From Planctomycetota bacterium (GTDB lineage: Bacteria; Planctomycetota; SZUA-567; H5-PLA8): 64,000 bases of DNA. The notes under the pieces are model-generated. The model saw nothing but the letters and a program-made list of their open reading frames with translations, did no database searches and was not told where the DNA came from. Below, in pieces: positions 9,115 to 18,069 of the stretch. The DNA lies in contig JBBRPR010000024.1 of assembly GCA_038227875.1 (NCBI GenBank), positions 1 through 64,000 of the forward strand, given 5' to 3'. Positions within the stretch are counted from its first letter, which is position 1, and every line of letters begins with the position of its first letter. Both the position numbers and the translations under genes were made by a program.

Positions 9115-9651
9115 ATGGAGCGGACGGACTTCGAAGCGCGGTGGGCTCAGAGCGAGCCGCAGGTGCGGACGTTTCTGGCCGCGGGCTGCCGCGATGCGGC
9201 GGTCGTGCAGGATTTGGTGCAGGAGGTCGCGTTGGACGCCTGGCGCAAACGCAGCGACTTTAACCCGGGCCTGGCGTTTACGGCGTGGGTGGTGGGCATG
9301 GCGCGCTTCACGCTGCTGCGGCACCGGCGCGATCTGGCGCGACGCTTTGTCGTGCTGGCGCCCGATCTGCTTGAAAGTCTCGAGCAGACCGTCGTCGCCG
9401 AGAGTGAGCTGCTCGACCGGCGGCGCGGCGCGCTGGGCCATTGCCGCGGGAAGCTCGGCGCCTCTGCCACGAAGATGCTGGACCTGCGCCTGAACGGCGG
9501 CCTCCCGCTGGCGGAAGTCGCGCGACGACTGGAGCGCACACACGGCGCAGTGCGCACGGCCTTCGCTCGAACCCGCGAGTGGCTGCGGACATGCATTGAA
9601 CGCCGGCTCGCCGGTGAGCCCGTGGACGACGCGCCGGAGGAGGCGGTATGA
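9115..9651 (+). CDS. ECF sigma-70 factor
   Basis: Region 2 (VQDLVQEVALDAW...FTAWVVGMAR) and region 4 HTH (LAEVARRLERTHGAVR). Confidence 0.9.
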   Translation: MERTDFEARWAQSEPQVRTFLAAGCRDAAVVQDLVQEVALDAWRKRSDFNPGLAFTAWVVGMARFTLLRHRRDLARRFVVLAPDLLESLEQTVVAESELLDRRRGALGHCRGKLGASATKMLDLRLNGGLPLAEVARRLERTHGAVRTAFARTREWLRTCIERRLAGEPVDDAPEEAV

Positions 9652-10457
9652 CGCAACCCGAAGCGTTGGTCGATGCGTGGCTCGACAACGAGATCGATGC
9701 GGCGGAACTGGCGCGGCTGGAGACGTGGTTGCGGGAAGATCCGGCGCATCTGCGGGCCTTTGTTCAGGCGGTTTCGCTGCAGGAAAGTTTGCGTACGTCT
9801 CCTGATGCGCTGCGCCGTTCCCGGCGACGGCGCATCTGGCGGATTTCACTGGGAAGTGTCGCGGCCTTACTTGCCGTGATCGTGCTGTTCCGCCTCGTGT
9901 TTTCAACGCAGTACAATCAAGTGGCGGTGGTGGATCCGACGGAAAATCCGGATCCGAAGCGGAATCCAGGGCCGGTGCCGCGGCCCAACCCGACTCCCAA
10001 GAAGCTCCCGGACGGGCTCACGATCATCAGCGGCGATGTGGATGTTGATTCGTCCGACATGCCCGACGCCACGGTGGCGTCCACGATGGGCGTCAGTGCC
10101 GGAGAAAAGAGCGGCGCATTGCGCTGGAAGAAGTCCATCGAATTGCATCTGGAGTCGCACGCAAAGATAGAGCTTAACCCGCAGCATCCATTCGCAACGC
10201 CGCCGGATGTCAGCTGCGTGGCGCTGAATGCGGGAAAAGTGCGGATCTCGAGAACTCGGAATCCATTCGCGTTCAAAGACTCCGTGGAGGTCGAAACCCC
10301 CCTTGCGACTGTTGTCGGGAGCAATGCCGACTTCACCGTGGCCATCACGGACGATAAGAAAGTCGTCGTCTCCGTGACCAGCGGATCGGTCAAAATCCTC
10401 CGTCAAGGCAAGGAACAAATCGTGAAGGCTGGAGAGACGGTGACGCTTTCAGAATGA
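9648..10457 (+). CDS. FecR-domain anti-sigma factor
   Basis: ATGA overlap with the sigma gene; N-terminal anti-sigma helix, one TM, FecR motifs (VETPLATV...FTV...VSVTSGSV). Confidence 0.85.
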   Translation: MTQPEALVDAWLDNEIDAAELARLETWLREDPAHLRAFVQAVSLQESLRTSPDALRRSRRRRIWRISLGSVAALLAVIVLFRLVFSTQYNQVAVVDPTENPDPKRNPGPVPRPNPTPKKLPDGLTIISGDVDVDSSDMPDATVASTMGVSAGEKSGALRWKKSIELHLESHAKIELNPQHPFATPPDVSCVALNAGKVRISRTRNPFAFKDSVEVETPLATVVGSNADFTVAITDDKKVVVSVTSGSVKILRQGKEQIVKAGETVTLSE

Positions 10458-11113
10458 CAAGGAGCCCTGCCATGAGAAGTGTAGTGTTACTGGCCCTGCT
10501 GTGTTGCGCGGCGGGATTTGCGGCCGAATCCAAGGACATCCTGATCCATGTCGACGAGCTTAAACCGCTGCTGAACCAATACCGCAGCAAACGCGAAGGA
10601 GCACTGCCGGACAATTTCTGCGTGCGCATCAGCCTCCATCCAGAAGGCCAGCGCATCGCCATCAACGAAGTGTATGAGTTCACGCCGACGATAGTGCGGC
10701 AACTGCGCGCCACGGAGTCGAACGTGGACGGCGTGCGAACGTTTGAAGTGGCCGGGGAGCGGCCGTTCAGCAAAATTGACGACGTCTGCCGCATCCTGCT
10801 GGCACTGGACTATCCGGAGTTGTGCGGCCCGCGGGCGCACACGGACGAAAAAAATCTCAACTACCTGCAGGTGCTGACGGGCTGCGGGATGAAGCCGATG
10901 GGCGGCGCGGTGATCAAGTTGTCCAGCGGTGGCAAATCGATCGCGTGTTGTGAATCGCGTTTGTTCGCGGGTTTTGCGACCTCGGCCCAGAGCATTCGGT
11001 TCGGAGCGCTCTATCATTCACTGCGGAACCTGGCGCGCGGCGAACTGGGGCTGGCGGAAAAAGACTGGCTGGCCAACGCGGCTGAAACCAAGAGCAACTC
11101 CAGCGCGAAGTGA
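10454..11113 (+). CDS. Secreted hypothetical protein in the ECF operon
   Basis: ATGA overlap; signal peptide ending ...AGFAAE. Confidence 0.7.
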   Translation: MTRSPAMRSVVLLALLCCAAGFAAESKDILIHVDELKPLLNQYRSKREGALPDNFCVRISLHPEGQRIAINEVYEFTPTIVRQLRATESNVDGVRTFEVAGERPFSKIDDVCRILLALDYPELCGPRAHTDEKNLNYLQVLTGCGMKPMGGAVIKLSSGGKSIACCESRLFAGFATSAQSIRFGALYHSLRNLARGELGLAEKDWLANAAETKSNSSAK

Positions 11114-12636
11114 TGCCGTGGTGGATTTACCACAAACGTTTTTCAGTGGGGGAGAGTATTGAGATGGCAAGCGGAACGTCCTTTCCTGAAACCATTGTGC
11201 CACGCGCCGCGCCGTTGCCGTCGCGGCCACGGTGGCGCTGGTTCAGAAGGCAATTCAGCCTGGCGACGCTGCTGCTTTTCACGCTGGCCGTGGCCAGTGG
11301 CATCAACCTCTGGCTGAGCTGGCAGCCGTGGGCGCCGGTCAGAGATATTGGCTCCTTCGTTTCCAACGTCTCCTTCTCGAAAGACGGCTCCACGTGCTTG
11401 CTTTCCGGCGAAGAGCTCATCGAGATCAATACGCGCAGCGGAGCTCCGACCGGCAAGTCCGGAGCTAAATCCGCATACTGGAATTTCGTCTCGCCCACGG
11501 GGGACCGCGGCGTGGCATTCATTCATGAGTCGAATAAGCCGCCGCGCCTGGAAATTCATGACACACGGACCGGAGCTTTGGAGCAGACGTTGGACTGCCC
11601 CGTTTTTTATCACGACTCGCATTTTTCCGCGGACGGCGAACGTCTGTTCCTGGCTGCCTCAAGGTGGTGGGTGTGCGTCTATCGGCGTCATCAGAACGAG
11701 CCGGAAGGAATTCTGAAGGGCGTTGATGTCACGAAGGAACCTGATGCGGACGAAACCGACCCACCCCGGCCGCCTAAAGTCCTGACCGCGGAAGAAGAGC
11801 AGCAGATTCGCGATTGCGTGCGCGCCGTGAACGACGCGACGACGCTGCAGGCACAGTCGGCCGCCGCGGACAAGCTGGAGGCTATTCCGCACGGCAGCAC
11901 GCGGATGGACGTTGAACTATCTCCCTTTGCCGATCTGGCTGTGTCCCGGCTGGTTTCCGAAGGCGCAGTGAAAACGTTCACGTGGGATCTGACGACGGGC
12001 CGGAGAATCGGGGAACTGTCTGGCCTGCCCGGGGACGAAAATGCGACGTTCGGCTTCAGCGAAGACAGCCGATACCTGGGCGCAACGGATCTGGCGCACG
12101 GCAAGGTCATCGTGTGGGAACTGTCGAGTGGGCGTGTGTGTTCGTCCTGGAAAGTGTCGGATACGCCCTTGGAGAATTGCGATTTAAAACTTTCAGCGGG
12201 AGGACGGCTGGCCGTCACCGACGCTAATCCTGGCCCTGGCGGAATACAAATCTGGGAATGTGCGACGGGCCGGTTGATCAAGGAGTTGCATCCGGGCGGC
12301 TTCGGCTTCCAAGCATTGTCTCCCGACGGCGAACGCATCGTGTGCGACGCGGGCGGCGACGACGTGAATCAATTGGTGCTTTATGACACTGCCTCCGGCG
12401 CTGAACTGTGCAGGCTTCCGAGACCGTCCGGGCCGTGTGGGCTCAGCGTAAAGTATGCTCCGGATGGCCGCAGCATGGCTGTGATCGCCAGCAACCCGGG
12501 CGGAAACCAAACGCGTTTCTTTAGCCGGCATCATCCGGAAAGTGCGTTGGGCATTCTGGCCCTGCCGGGGAGTTGGGTGTTGATGGGGATCGGGTTGTTG
12601 CTGGGGTGGAGAGTTGTGCGGGCGCTGCGGCGCTGA
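11110..12636 (+). CDS. WD40/beta-propeller membrane protein with N- and C-terminal TM
   Basis: RRQFSLATLLLFTLAV N-terminal anchor; FSKDG, FSADG, LSPDG and YAPDG blades; C-terminal TM. The start may be ATG 11164. Confidence 0.8.
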   Translation: MMPWWIYHKRFSVGESIEMASGTSFPETIVPRAAPLPSRPRWRWFRRQFSLATLLLFTLAVASGINLWLSWQPWAPVRDIGSFVSNVSFSKDGSTCLLSGEELIEINTRSGAPTGKSGAKSAYWNFVSPTGDRGVAFIHESNKPPRLEIHDTRTGALEQTLDCPVFYHDSHFSADGERLFLAASRWWVCVYRRHQNEPEGILKGVDVTKEPDADETDPPRPPKVLTAEEEQQIRDCVRAVNDATTLQAQSAAADKLEAIPHGSTRMDVELSPFADLAVSRLVSEGAVKTFTWDLTTGRRIGELSGLPGDENATFGFSEDSRYLGATDLAHGKVIVWELSSGRVCSSWKVSDTPLENCDLKLSAGGRLAVTDANPGPGGIQIWECATGRLIKELHPGGFGFQALSPDGERIVCDAGGDDVNQLVLYDTASGAELCRLPRPSGPCGLSVKYAPDGRSMAVIASNPGGNQTRFFSRHHPESALGILALPGSWVLMGIGLLLGWRVVRALRR

Positions 12637-12656
12637 AGAGAACGAGTCAACCACTT

Positions 12657-13025
12657 TTAGTCGCCGCCATCACCGCCATCTTCGACATCGGGAGTAGAAT
12701 AATGTGGCTTGAGGTCATCCAGCCACTCGTCCTGTGCGGAAAGGATCTCGTTCGCACGCATTTTGACTTCGGGATCGGCGGTTTCGGATATCGCTTTCTT
12801 CAACTGCGCACGGATGAAATGGCCCCAGTCCAGATTCACGATGATCATGGACTTGAGTTTCAGCATGGCGGCGTAGCGATTGTCGAAGTCGTCATCGCCG
12901 AGCCGGCTGATCTGTGATTCTGCTTCGGCCATCCAGCGCGCGTCATCGCTGGCTGGAGCGGGTTCGGAGCTCCACGCGGGTGAGCATGCGAGCACTATGA
13001 ATAGAGATATGGCAAACGTGCGCAT
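12657..13025 (-). CDS. Secreted helical (HEAT-like) hypothetical protein
   Basis: Signal peptide; LGDDDFDNRYAA...DPEVKMRANEIL. Confidence 0.7.
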   Translation of the reverse strand: MRTFAISLFIVLACSPAWSSEPAPASDDARWMAEAESQISRLGDDDFDNRYAAMLKLKSMIIVNLDWGHFIRAQLKKAISETADPEVKMRANEILSAQDEWLDDLKPHYSTPDVEDGGDGGD

Positions 13026-13109
13026 GGGACATTCCGCTCAGACGACAATGAGTAGCGATGAGGCGGGAGAGACAGACTTCATTATTGAGAAATTCATTTC
13101 GATGTGACG

Positions 13110-13196
13110 ATTTCATTCGTTCAGAGCTCTGAGCATATCCGGCGTCGATTTCCGAGGGTGTTGCCCCTGGCTTTCACATGGAACCCTGTTGGGGTT
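13110..13196 (-). repeat. Degenerate three-hairpin repeat (IS200/RAYT-associated type)
   Basis: Reverse strand reads accccaacagggtt...aaagccaggggcaacaccctcgg...agctctgaacga, the same layout as the copies at 57747-61594. Confidence 0.45.
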
Positions 13197-13252
13197 TGAG
13201 TAGTACGAGTGGCACGAATCTTATAAATCATGCTACGTATAGAATCAGAATT

Positions 13253-13485
13253 TCATAGATCCGAAAACCGCTCGCTGTCCGCGTCAGCGCGGCAGACGGG
13301 CTTCCACAATTGGTACATGCCGGTCAAAAACGCGAGCGCTCCGAGGTAGGCGGGGAGCAGGTGCGGGAAGCTCATGTAGCCGACCAGCGGGTGGATGCCG
13401 ATGGCGGTGGCGAAGCCGATCGAGCCTGCGATCAGGAACACCCACCACAACGATTTTGCGCCGGGCTTCAAGCCGCACGACAGCC
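13253..13485 (-). pseudogene. 3' remnant of a multi-TM membrane protein gene
   Basis: Protein-like LWWVFLIAGSIGFATAIGIHPLVGYMSFPHLLPAY with no good start. The frame closes about 13515 in an AT-rich repeat patch. Confidence 0.5.
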
Positions 13486-13574
13486 GGGCCGTGCAGTGTA
13501 CAAATTTCAGAATTTACAGAAATTTGCGATTTCAAATTTTCCCAGTGTCCTGATTGGTGTAATGTCGGTGCTGC

Positions 13575-14516
13575 ATGAACATGAATGAACCGATTCCCGT
13601 CGACGAACGGCTGCTGCCGCCGGAAGGAATTTTCCAGCCCGCGCCGCGCCGGTTGCTCAATCTCAACTATGCCTGGCTGGTGATCTTCGCGCTCTCGTGG
13701 GCGTTCGTCAGCTTCCTGGAAAACCGCTGGCTGATGCCGGCGGGGGCGAGCAACTGGTGCCTCGGCGGTCTTGTTGGCGCGTTGATCCTGCTGCTGATTT
13801 CCCGCACGCGCCGCACGCGCACGTGGACCAACCGCGCGCGCGAGGCCATCGTCAAACTGCACTCCGGCGATTTCGAGGACGCCCAAGCGGCGGGGAAAAT
13901 CTTCGACGAGCTCTGCCGCGAATCCTACGGCACGCCCATGCGGCACATGCACGCCGGCTTCGTCTACAACCGCGCGGTGATTTATCTTTACGCGGGCAAT
14001 CCCGACCGCGCGCTGGCGCTCAACATGGCGGTGTTCAAAAGCCGCTGGTTTGAAGAGCAGCGCTACGGCATGTTCCACTACCTGCCCGAGATTCTCGAAA
14101 ACACCGCGCGCTGCTACGCGATCAAAGGCGCGTTGGAGAAGGCCGAAGAGTATCAACTCATCGCTCACGACGTGACCGAACCAGAACGCGAAGCGCGCCT
14201 GGTCCTGCTCGATCTGGTCATCGCCATCCGCCGCGGCCGTTACGACGTGGCAATTAAAGACGCCGACGCGCGACGCGAGGAGATCGAGAAGCTGATGAGC
14301 CCCGCTGATGTAAAATCCGTCCGGGTACTCCGTGCGTTCGCATTAAAGCTGCAGAAGCCCGACTTGAGCGAGGCGGAAATGACCGAAGCGCTGGAAGGCA
14401 CGAAGTTTTTCACCGAAGGCCAGTTCGATTACCTGGCCGTGTCGTGGCCGGAGTTCCGGGAGTTTTTGGCGGCGCATCGATTTACTGCGACGACGGCCGC
14501 ACTTCCGAATGCGTAA
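13575..14516 (+). CDS. Membrane protein (2 TM) with helical TPR-like domain
   Basis: Two TM helices followed by an alpha-helical repeat-like region (YNRAVIYLYAGNPDRAL). Confidence 0.75.
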   Translation: MNMNEPIPVDERLLPPEGIFQPAPRRLLNLNYAWLVIFALSWAFVSFLENRWLMPAGASNWCLGGLVGALILLLISRTRRTRTWTNRAREAIVKLHSGDFEDAQAAGKIFDELCRESYGTPMRHMHAGFVYNRAVIYLYAGNPDRALALNMAVFKSRWFEEQRYGMFHYLPEILENTARCYAIKGALEKAEEYQLIAHDVTEPEREARLVLLDLVIAIRRGRYDVAIKDADARREEIEKLMSPADVKSVRVLRAFALKLQKPDLSEAEMTEALEGTKFFTEGQFDYLAVSWPEFREFLAAHRFTATTAALPNA

Positions 14517-14522
14517 TCAGAT

Positions 14523-14633
14523 ATTTTCAATTTTCGATTTCTAATTTTCGATTTTCAATTGTTTGCCCCGAGAGAGTGAGCCTCGCGCTTGCGAATCTGT
14601 TCAATTGAAAATTGAAAATCAAAAATAGAAAAT
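14523..14633. repeat. Inverted pair of (ATTTTCR)n heptamer arrays
   Basis: attttcaattttcgatttctaattttcgattttcaattg ... caattgaaaattgaaaatcaaaaatagaaaat, between convergent genes. Confidence 0.8.
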
Positions 14634-14646
14634 GACCGTTGAGTCA

Positions 14647-15759
14647 TCAGCTTCTCGACAGCAGTCGCGCCAGTACCGGCGTCACCGCATCCGCAATCTT
14701 CATGAAGCCAAGGTCTGTGGCGTGGCGGCCGTCGACGGTGCATTCGTCGAAGCGGTCACCGTAAAATTCGGAGCCGTCGAGGAACGTGATGTTCTCTCCT
14801 TTTTCGCGGCGCTCACGGACGAATTCCTTCAGGAAATCGCGGCGGCCCAGGCGGTACGCGACGACTTCGGGGTGAATTGTTTCCGTGCTGAACGGCGGCT
14901 TGGAGAGCATCAGCATCGGCACGTTTGGGTGCGCGCCGCGCAGGATGTCCACGAAAACCGGCGTGCGCGCGATCAGGTCCGGCGTGGCGCGGATGTTCGA
15001 ATCGTAATCGAGCACGAAGACGGCCGGGTCGGCGATATCCAACAGCGTCAGCGCCACTTCCGGTTCGGCCAGCCCGCTGCCTGAAAATCCGAGGTTAAGG
15101 AATTCGAGATTGAACCGGCGGCTCAGGATATTGGAGTACGCCATGCCCGGCCGGTTGGCGGAGCCGCCCTGCGTCAGCGAGGTGCCGTAGACGACGACTT
15201 TTTTGTTCGAATCGTACGGCAGCGGCGCTTCGACCGTGGCGTCGGCTTCCACGCCGACGTGGACGCTGTTGACGCCCTGGTAGAGCGGAAAATTCAGGAC
15301 GACGGTGCGCATCTCGCGCGGCAGCATTTCGAAGAGCATGCATTCGTACGCGCCTTCGCTGCGCTTGAAGCGCGTGGAATTGTAGTAACGCAGCGGCGGC
15401 GTGTTGCCGAGGTAGCAATCGAAACCGCACTGGCTGATCGGCGTCAAATTGTCGGCGTCGTGCGGCGCGCGCAATTCGACGCGCAGGCCCAGGCGCCTGG
15501 AGTTGGTGCGGAATTGGATCTGCCCGCCGGCGGTGTGATTGGCCAGCCAGTCGACGGCGTCGGAAAGCTTGTGGCGCGGCGACTTGGGCATGCGGCGGTA
15601 GATGCCGTCCTGCGCAAACCAACCGAAGCCCGCCAGCCGCAGCGGCGCGGTGCCAGGCGAGAGCCAGTTCAGGCCGGCGAGTCCGCCTTCCGAATAACCG
15701 GACATGTGCGCGTACTTCTCGATTTTGAAAACGCGATCCTCGTCCCACTCCATCGCCAT
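14647..15759 (-). CDS. SGNH/GDSL hydrolase with GxDLY-type N-terminal domain
   Basis: GFDCY, FPLYQGV, VVYGTSLTQG, NLGFSGSG, DGRHATDLGF. Confidence 0.88.
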   Translation of the reverse strand: MAMEWDEDRVFKIEKYAHMSGYSEGGLAGLNWLSPGTAPLRLAGFGWFAQDGIYRRMPKSPRHKLSDAVDWLANHTAGGQIQFRTNSRRLGLRVELRAPHDADNLTPISQCGFDCYLGNTPPLRYYNSTRFKRSEGAYECMLFEMLPREMRTVVLNFPLYQGVNSVHVGVEADATVEAPLPYDSNKKVVVYGTSLTQGGSANRPGMAYSNILSRRFNLEFLNLGFSGSGLAEPEVALTLLDIADPAVFVLDYDSNIRATPDLIARTPVFVDILRGAHPNVPMLMLSKPPFSTETIHPEVVAYRLGRRDFLKEFVRERREKGENITFLDGSEFYGDRFDECTVDGRHATDLGFMKIADAVTPVLARLLSRS

Positions 15760-15776
15760 TCCTGCGACTCCTTGCG

Positions 15777-17285
15777 TTAGATTTTGTCTCGATCGGGAAG
15801 CAATTGAAGCTGCAGCTTGCCCATCGCGTTGCGCGGCAGCGCGTCGAGGAAGACGATCGTGCGCGGCACCTTGAAACTGGCCAGGTGATGCTTGCAGAAT
15901 TCGATCAGTTCTTCCGCGGTGACAGAGGGAATTTTGCGGACGACGTAGGCCTTTACCAATTCGCCGCGGATCTTGTCGCTGACGCCGATCACCGCGGCTT
16001 CAAGCACCTGCTCGTGACGGCAGATGCATTGGATCACTTCCTGCGGGTAGATGTTGAATCCGCCCGAGATGATCAGCTCCTTGCCGCGCCCGGAGATCGC
16101 GACGAAACCGTCGGCGTCGTAGGAACCGAGATCGCCGGTCTTGAACCAGCCGTCCTGGAAACTCTCCGCGGTCTTGTCGGGCGCGCGCCAGTACTCGCGG
16201 AAGACGTTGGGCCCGCGGACCTGAATTTCACCGACTTCCCCGCGCTCGACCGCCTTGCCGTCGCGGACGATGCGCAGCGAAACGCCCGGTAGCGGCGTGC
16301 CGACGGAGCCTTGCTTGCGCGGCCCGGCGTAGAGGTTCGACGTCAGCATGATCGTCTCGGACATGCCGTAGCGTTCGAGGATTTTCGTGCCGAACACCTG
16401 CTCGAATTTCGCGAACGTCTCCGGCGACAGCGCCGCCGAACCGGCGACGTAGAGGCGCATGGTGTCGGGAACCGCGCGACCGGCGGCCACGGCTTCCAGC
16501 AGTCGCTCATACATCGTGGGCACGCCGAAGAAGAGCGAGCACTTTTCCTGTTTCAGCAGATCGAGCACCACGTCGGCCTTGAAGCGTTTGAGAATGAAGG
16601 TCGTACAGCCCGACGCGATCGCTCCGTGGACGCCGTTGCAGAGTCCGTGCGCGTGGAACATGGGCAGCGCGAGCACGAAACGATCCTGCGCGGTCCACTG
16701 CCAGCAATGCAGGAGCGAGATGATGTTGGAAGCGAGATTGTTGTGCGTCAGCACCGCGCCTTTCGAGCGGCCGGTGGTGCCGGAGGTGTAAATCAGCAGC
16801 GCCGGATCGTCGCCAGAGACGCATTCGGGCGGAAATTTCACAGATGTCGTGTCCGTCAGATATGGCGCGAGCGCGTTGGCGTCGCTGACGGGCGCGTCGG
16901 CGATCAGCACTTTTTCGATCGACGAACCTTTCTCAAGCAGCGGCTTGAGCACCGCGTAGCGTTCGAGATCGGTGAGCACGACTTTTGGCGCGGCGTCCTG
17001 GAGCAGGTAGCCGAGTTCGTGATCGCGGTAGAGGACGTTGAAGGGCACGACGATCGCGCCGAGTTTCAGGCAGGCAAGGTAGTAGACGACCAGTTCGCCG
17101 CAGTTCTCCACGAACATCGCGGCGCGGTCGCCCTTTTGCACTTTGAATTCCGTGCGCAGCGTCAGCGCGAGCCGGTCGGAAAGCGCGTCGAGCTGGCCGA
17201 AGGTCAGGATCCGTTCGCCGGCATGAAACGCCGCTTTGTCTTTGCGGCCGCGGAGGCTGGGTTGGAAGACTTCGATGAGGTTCAT
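15777..17285 (-). CDS. Acyl-CoA synthetase (MatB/malonyl-CoA synthetase-like)
   Basis: YTSGTTGRSKGA AMP-binding motif, ILERYGMSET, GWFKTGDLG, LPRNAMGK. Confidence 0.88.
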   Translation of the reverse strand: MNLIEVFQPSLRGRKDKAAFHAGERILTFGQLDALSDRLALTLRTEFKVQKGDRAAMFVENCGELVVYYLACLKLGAIVVPFNVLYRDHELGYLLQDAAPKVVLTDLERYAVLKPLLEKGSSIEKVLIADAPVSDANALAPYLTDTTSVKFPPECVSGDDPALLIYTSGTTGRSKGAVLTHNNLASNIISLLHCWQWTAQDRFVLALPMFHAHGLCNGVHGAIASGCTTFILKRFKADVVLDLLKQEKCSLFFGVPTMYERLLEAVAAGRAVPDTMRLYVAGSAALSPETFAKFEQVFGTKILERYGMSETIMLTSNLYAGPRKQGSVGTPLPGVSLRIVRDGKAVERGEVGEIQVRGPNVFREYWRAPDKTAESFQDGWFKTGDLGSYDADGFVAISGRGKELIISGGFNIYPQEVIQCICRHEQVLEAAVIGVSDKIRGELVKAYVVRKIPSVTAEELIEFCKHHLASFKVPRTIVFLDALPRNAMGKLQLQLLPDRDKI

Positions 17286-17370
17286 GGTTCCTCTTCTGAA
17301 TCAGCGCAGCAAGTGGGACAGTAATCTAATGTAATGCGAAAAATGCGCCAGAGGGGCTGATGATTGCAGA

Positions 17371-17910
17371 TCAGGCCTTGGGTGGAGCGGGGGGTGGGGG
17401 CGCGGTCGGTGGCGGTGGATATTTAGGATCGATGGCCTTGGCACCCGTGGTGGAGAGCGCGGCTTGAGTGGACAGGCGCGCGGCGCTGTGGCGCTTGGTC
17501 ACGCGGCACCAGGCATCCCACAGCTTGGAAGCGGTCGGCGAATACCATGTATAAAGGGGTGGCGAGAAGCGGATCTTTCGTTCCTGGGCGCGGCCGTACA
17601 AAATATACCAGCGCTGGACGACGCAATCGAGCAGACGGTTGCCGGCGCGGAAGCAGATGATGTTGTGATCGCGCCAGCGCGCCAGCGCTTCGGGGTCGCT
17701 GGGAATTTCCTTTTCGAACGCGGCGCGCAGCGCCACCATGTAACGTTCGACGAGATACCGTGCTTCTTCGATGGTGATGGGAAATTGATCGACGCGTTCG
17801 ACGACCGTGAGGAGCAGCGCGTGATCGCGCTCCGAAAGGACTTCTTTCTTCAGCTCGAACCCTTGTTCCAGCTTGCGCAGAAAGAATTGGGAGAGAACAT
17901 CAACAGCCAT
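17371..17910 (-). CDS. Hypothetical protein
   Basis: Protein-like ORF filling the gap, with a Pro-rich tail. Start taken at ATG 17910. Confidence 0.6.
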   Translation of the reverse strand: MAVDVLSQFFLRKLEQGFELKKEVLSERDHALLLTVVERVDQFPITIEEARYLVERYMVALRAAFEKEIPSDPEALARWRDHNIICFRAGNRLLDCVVQRWYILYGRAQERKIRFSPPLYTWYSPTASKLWDAWCRVTKRHSAARLSTQAALSTTGAKAIDPKYPPPPTAPPPPAPPKA

Positions 17911-18069
17911 GCTGTATCCGCAAGAAGTTTCCTCAACACCAGCGCCAGTTGCAACTTTGCTCGATTTAACGCAGAAACTCAAGCGGGATTTGCCAAGCAG
18001 AACCGTTTCGGCAAGAATAGCACAGTTATTCCCGGGTTTTGCTCCCTTTATATAGGAAGCTCAGATCGT

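Noticed and set aside
13210..13226. Sigma-54 promoter (TGGCACGAATCTTAT; similar sequences at about 22074 and 62860)
   Set aside because: The -12 TTGC element is missing or mismatched and no suitably placed downstream gene exists.
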